Shown here: positions 33,237-35,953 of the stretch, one piece after another
Layout: every line of letters begins with the position of its first letter
Numbering within the stretch: position 1 is the stretch's first letter
Assembly (NCBI GenBank): GCA_964542035.1
Contig: CAZISZ010000002.1
Span: 1 to 35,953, forward strand
Direction of reading: 5' to 3'
Source of the DNA: an uncultured Ruminococcus sp.
GTDB lineage: Bacteria; Bacillota; Clostridia; Oscillospirales; CAG-272
Length of the DNA: 35,953 bases
Made by a program: the position numbers and the translations under genes
Notes under the pieces: generated by a model
Seen by the model: only the letters and a program-made list of their open reading frames with translations
Databases searched by the model: none
Told to the model about the DNA's origin: nothing

Positions 33237-34861
33237 GTTTTTGTTATGCGGGGGAAAGTGTTACGGCACTGGACGGGATAGATCTTTCCGTTCGTGCGGG
33301 GGAAGTTATACTGCTTGCCGGAGGAACGGGGAGCGGTAAATCCACCCTTTTGCGTTTGATAAAAAGAGAACTTTCACCTCGCGGCGAACTGCGCGGGGCG
33401 ATAGAGTTTTTCGGTCGCCCGATATCGGAACTTGCCGACCGCGAGGCGGCTGCGCGCATAGGATATGCGGCGCAACGTCCGGAGGAGCAGATAGCGACAG
33501 ACCGCGTATATCACGAGTTGGCATTCGGTGCCGAAAGTCTGGGGTGGAGTCCGAATCTTATTCGTCGTCGCGTTGCCGAGGTGGCATCCTATTTTGGCAT
33601 AGACGAGTGGTTCGAACGCCCCACATCGGAACTTTCCGGAGGACAGCGACAGCTTTTAACGGTTGCGTCGGTTATGGTGACCGACCCCGATATCCTTTTG
33701 CTTGATGAGCCCACCTCACGTCTTGATCCGATTGCGGCGGCAGATTTGATGTCCGCCGTTTTGCGCCTTAATCGCGAACTCGGAACCACGCTCATCATAG
33801 CCGAGCATCGTATGGAAGATATTCTGCCATATGCCGACAGGCTTATGGTTTTGGACGGCGGTAGGATGACGATATGCGATGCTCCGCGCCGTGCGGCGGC
33901 AGCGTTGTCGTTGCAATCTCCCGTCTTTGCTTCGCTTCCCGCCGCGGCAAGGCTTTGGAGGGAGTCAGCAGATGCGTGCGGCACTGTGTGTGATTGTCCG
34001 TTGAGCGTTAAGGAGGGGCGAGAATTTTTTGCCGAATGTATGAATACCGAGCCTGTTACGCACGCCGGATCTCAAAAAGCCGAAAAGCCGAAAGCGCCGC
34101 AAAAGCGGGATTCGGCGATAGAGTTAAGAGATGTATTTTTCAGGTATTCTCGTGATGGGGATGACGCACTTCACGGACTTAACGTGAAGATATTCAAGGG
34201 CGAAATATACTGTTTTCTCGGTGGTAACGGATCGGGCAAATCCACTGCTCTTTCGGTAGCGGCGGGACTTCGCCGTCCGTATGTCGGCAGTATACGCATC
34301 TTCGGTCGCCGCCCCGCGGCGTGGGGAGAGCAACTTTACAGCGGCATTGTGGGATATCTTCCGCAGGAGCCGGAGATGCTTTTTCTGTATGACAGCGTGG
34401 AGGAGGAACTTGCCTCGGCAGGACTTTCGATAAAAGACCTGCCGCCCGAACTTGTCTTGCCCGCGGCTCGTCATCCGTTTGATCTTTCCGGCGGTCAGCG
34501 CGAGATGTTGGCGCTTGCCAAGGTACTTGCTCGTCGCCCACGTATTTTAATGCTTGACGAACCCACTAAAGGGCTCGACGCCTCGGCACGCGCCGCGCTT
34601 TCCGCGCTTCTTTGCCGCCTGCGCGATGAAGGCATAACGGTGATAGCCGTTACACATGACGCCGAATTTGCCGCCGAGACGGCAAACAGATGCGGTTTTT
34701 TGTTTCGAGGCGAATTGATATCCGAGGGAGAAGTGCGGGGATTTTTTGACGGTAACGCCTTCTACACCACCCCCGCCGCGCGTATCACGCGCGGTATGGC
34801 TCGCGGTTGCGTGACCGTCGCTTCGGCGCGCGAACTGATATCGGTCGGTAGCGGCGCATGA
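33209..34861 (+). CDS. ECF transporter fused double ATPase (EcfA-EcfA' / CbiO-type)
   Basis: 550 aa with two complete ABC cassettes: GGTGSGKST / LSGGQRQ / LLLDEPTS and GGNGSGKST / LSGGQREM / LMLDEPTKGLD. Confidence 0.9.
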   Translation: MEILALKNLSFCYAGESVTALDGIDLSVRAGEVILLAGGTGSGKSTLLRLIKRELSPRGELRGAIEFFGRPISELADREAAARIGYAAQRPEEQIATDRVYHELAFGAESLGWSPNLIRRRVAEVASYFGIDEWFERPTSELSGGQRQLLTVASVMVTDPDILLLDEPTSRLDPIAAADLMSAVLRLNRELGTTLIIAEHRMEDILPYADRLMVLDGGRMTICDAPRRAAAALSLQSPVFASLPAAARLWRESADACGTVCDCPLSVKEGREFFAECMNTEPVTHAGSQKAEKPKAPQKRDSAIELRDVFFRYSRDGDDALHGLNVKIFKGEIYCFLGGNGSGKSTALSVAAGLRRPYVGSIRIFGRRPAAWGEQLYSGIVGYLPQEPEMLFLYDSVEEELASAGLSIKDLPPELVLPAARHPFDLSGGQREMLALAKVLARRPRILMLDEPTKGLDASARAALSALLCRLRDEGITVIAVTHDAEFAAETANRCGFLFRGELISEGEVRGFFDGNAFYTTPAARITRGMARGCVTVASARELISVGSGA

Positions 34862-35544
34862 TCGTAATAAAAAACGCGCGCCTGAGGCGCGCACTGTCGA
34901 TCGTGCTTCCGTTTGTTATTATTCCCGCGGTGGTGGCAATAGGCGTTTGGGTGTTTGACGAAAAATACTATGCCGCTGTGTCGGCGGTTGTGGCGCTGCT
35001 GTCTTTGTTGCTTTTTGCCGCGGGTTTTGAACGCAAAAAAACAGGATCGCGGCGACTTGTTGTGCTATCGATAATTACAGCACTTTCGGTGGCGGGGAGA
35101 TTTATTCCGCTTTTTAAACCCATTACCGCGCTGACTGTTCTTACCGCCGTCCACCTCGGAGGCGAGGCGGGTTTTCTGGTGGGCGCTATGTCGGCACTCA
35201 TTTCCGACCTGTATTTCGGCATGGGACCGTGGGCACCTTTTCAAATGCTTGCGTGGGGGCTTATCGGGCTGATAGCGGGTTATCTCGGACGTTCGATGCG
35301 CCGCCGTATGTGGTTTACGGTCGTATACGGTGCACTTGCCGGTGTGATGTTTTCGCTTATTATGGATGTGTGGACGGTTTTGTGGTATAACGATGGATTT
35401 TCCGCCGAGCTGTACGTCGCCGCGTGCATAAGCGCGCTGCCGCACACTGTGCTCTATGCCGTTTCGAATGTGATCTTTTTGCTTCTTCTTGCCAAACCGT
35501 GGGCAAAACGTATCGAGAGACTAAAACTGAAATACGATATTTAA
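34858..35544 (+). CDS. ECF transporter substrate-specific (S) component, probably corrinoid-related by context
   Basis: 228 aa with about 6 TM helices and the motif GMGPWAPFQMLAWGLIGLIAG seen in S components. ATGA coupling to the ATPase gene. A terminator follows. Confidence 0.65.
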   Translation: MIVIKNARLRRALSIVLPFVIIPAVVAIGVWVFDEKYYAAVSAVVALLSLLLFAAGFERKKTGSRRLVVLSIITALSVAGRFIPLFKPITALTVLTAVHLGGEAGFLVGAMSALISDLYFGMGPWAPFQMLAWGLIGLIAGYLGRSMRRRMWFTVVYGALAGVMFSLIMDVWTVLWYNDGFSAELYVAACISALPHTVLYAVSNVIFLLLLAKPWAKRIERLKLKYDI

Positions 35545-35570
35545 AGAATCTTAACCGTATAAATAAAAAG

Positions 35571-35611
35571 GACGACTGTCATGTGCCGAATATGACGGTC
35601 GTCACTTTTTT
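35571..35611 (+). terminator. Intrinsic terminator of the riboswitch operon
   Basis: 12-bp stem gacgactgtcat/atgacggtcgtc with one G-U pair, followed by cTTTTTTg. Confidence 0.75.
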
Positions 35612-35624
35612 GTATTGTTTGCGC

Positions 35625-35660
35625 TTTAAAAAGCGGGCTGAGTCCGAGACTCAGCCCGCA
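35625..35660 (-). terminator. Intrinsic terminator of the convergent nifJ-like gene
   Basis: Stem gcgggctgagtc/gactcagcccgc. On the minus strand it is followed by TTTTTaaag, and it lies 12 nt after the stop at 35672. Confidence 0.7.
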
Positions 35661-35671
35661 GGGGAGGATTA

Positions 35672-35953
35672 TCATTCAAAAAGTCTGCCGTATTTAAGCA
35701 ATCTTTCGTATTTTTCGCGAGCCGCGGTTTCCGCTTTTTCAAACAGCTTTTCCGCACGATCCGGGAACTGCTGAGCCAAACGGCTGTAGCGAGTTTCGCT
35801 TGTGATAAAGTCGCGGTAGTTCGCTGTCGGCTCCTTGGAGTCAACGGTCAGCGGGTTTTTACCCTCTGCCTTAAGCGCGGGATTGTAGCGGAACATCTGC
35901 CAGTAGCCTGCGTCAACCGCACGCTTCATCTCCTGCTGGCAGTTCTGCATGCC
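35672..35953 (-). CDS. nifJ: Pyruvate:ferredoxin (flavodoxin) oxidoreductase, C-terminal end; the gene continues beyond the window
   Basis: The C-terminal sequence GYWQMFRYNPALKAEGKNPLTVDSKEP...ETRYSRLAQQFPDRAEKLFEKAE matches the conserved PFOR/NifJ tail. Confidence 0.85.
   Translation of the reverse strand, partial: GMQNCQQEMKRAVDAGYWQMFRYNPALKAEGKNPLTVDSKEPTANYRDFITSETRYSRLAQQFPDRAEKLFEKAETAAREKYERLLKYGRLFE

Noticed and set aside
1-35953. Search for CRISPR arrays, tRNA/rRNA genes, transposases, integrases, phage genes, toxin-antitoxin pairs or known defence-system signatures
   Set aside because: None was found. All intergenic gaps are under about 260 nt and are explained by promoters, terminators or the riboswitch. 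No regularly spaced repeats or mobile-element hallmark proteins were seen.

Overview
This 35.9 kb window looks like chromosomal DNA from a Gram-positive anaerobe, probably Clostridia-like. The pointers are a PFOR/nifJ fragment, ECF transporters, the DegV/FakA system, a sortase-type sorting signal and AGGAG-type ribosome-binding sites. I support about 32 CDS, one riboswitch, several intrinsic terminators and a few sigma-70-like promoters. I found no tRNA or rRNA genes, CRISPR arrays, transposases or integrases. Most of the window is housekeeping: zapA plus a U32 Fe-S protein, fakA-plsX-degV, surE plus two DHH phosphoesterases, a 5'-3' exonuclease, pepT, and an AraC-controlled sugar isomerase/kinase cluster. 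The strongest candidate for an under-described system is at 29.1-35.5 kb. A consensus promoter, a cobalamin riboswitch and a terminator sit in front of a six-gene operon. It encodes a small protein with a homing-endonuclease-associated-repeat-like fold, a sortase-anchored DUF4430-like surface protein, a membrane-tethered protein with a transcobalamin-like two-domain architecture, and a dedicated ECF T / fused A-A' / S importer. The second candidate is a divergent DegV, a ~370 aa GNAT-like acyltransferase and an orphan acyl-carrier-like protein, tightly coupled and directly downstream of fakA-plsX. Other oddities are an NT5C-nucleotidase/guanylate-kinase-like fusion with a degenerate P-loop, and a leucine-rich-repeat/metallo-beta-lactamase fusion with no signal peptide. 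All family assignments come from reading motifs in the translations by eye. No database search was run.
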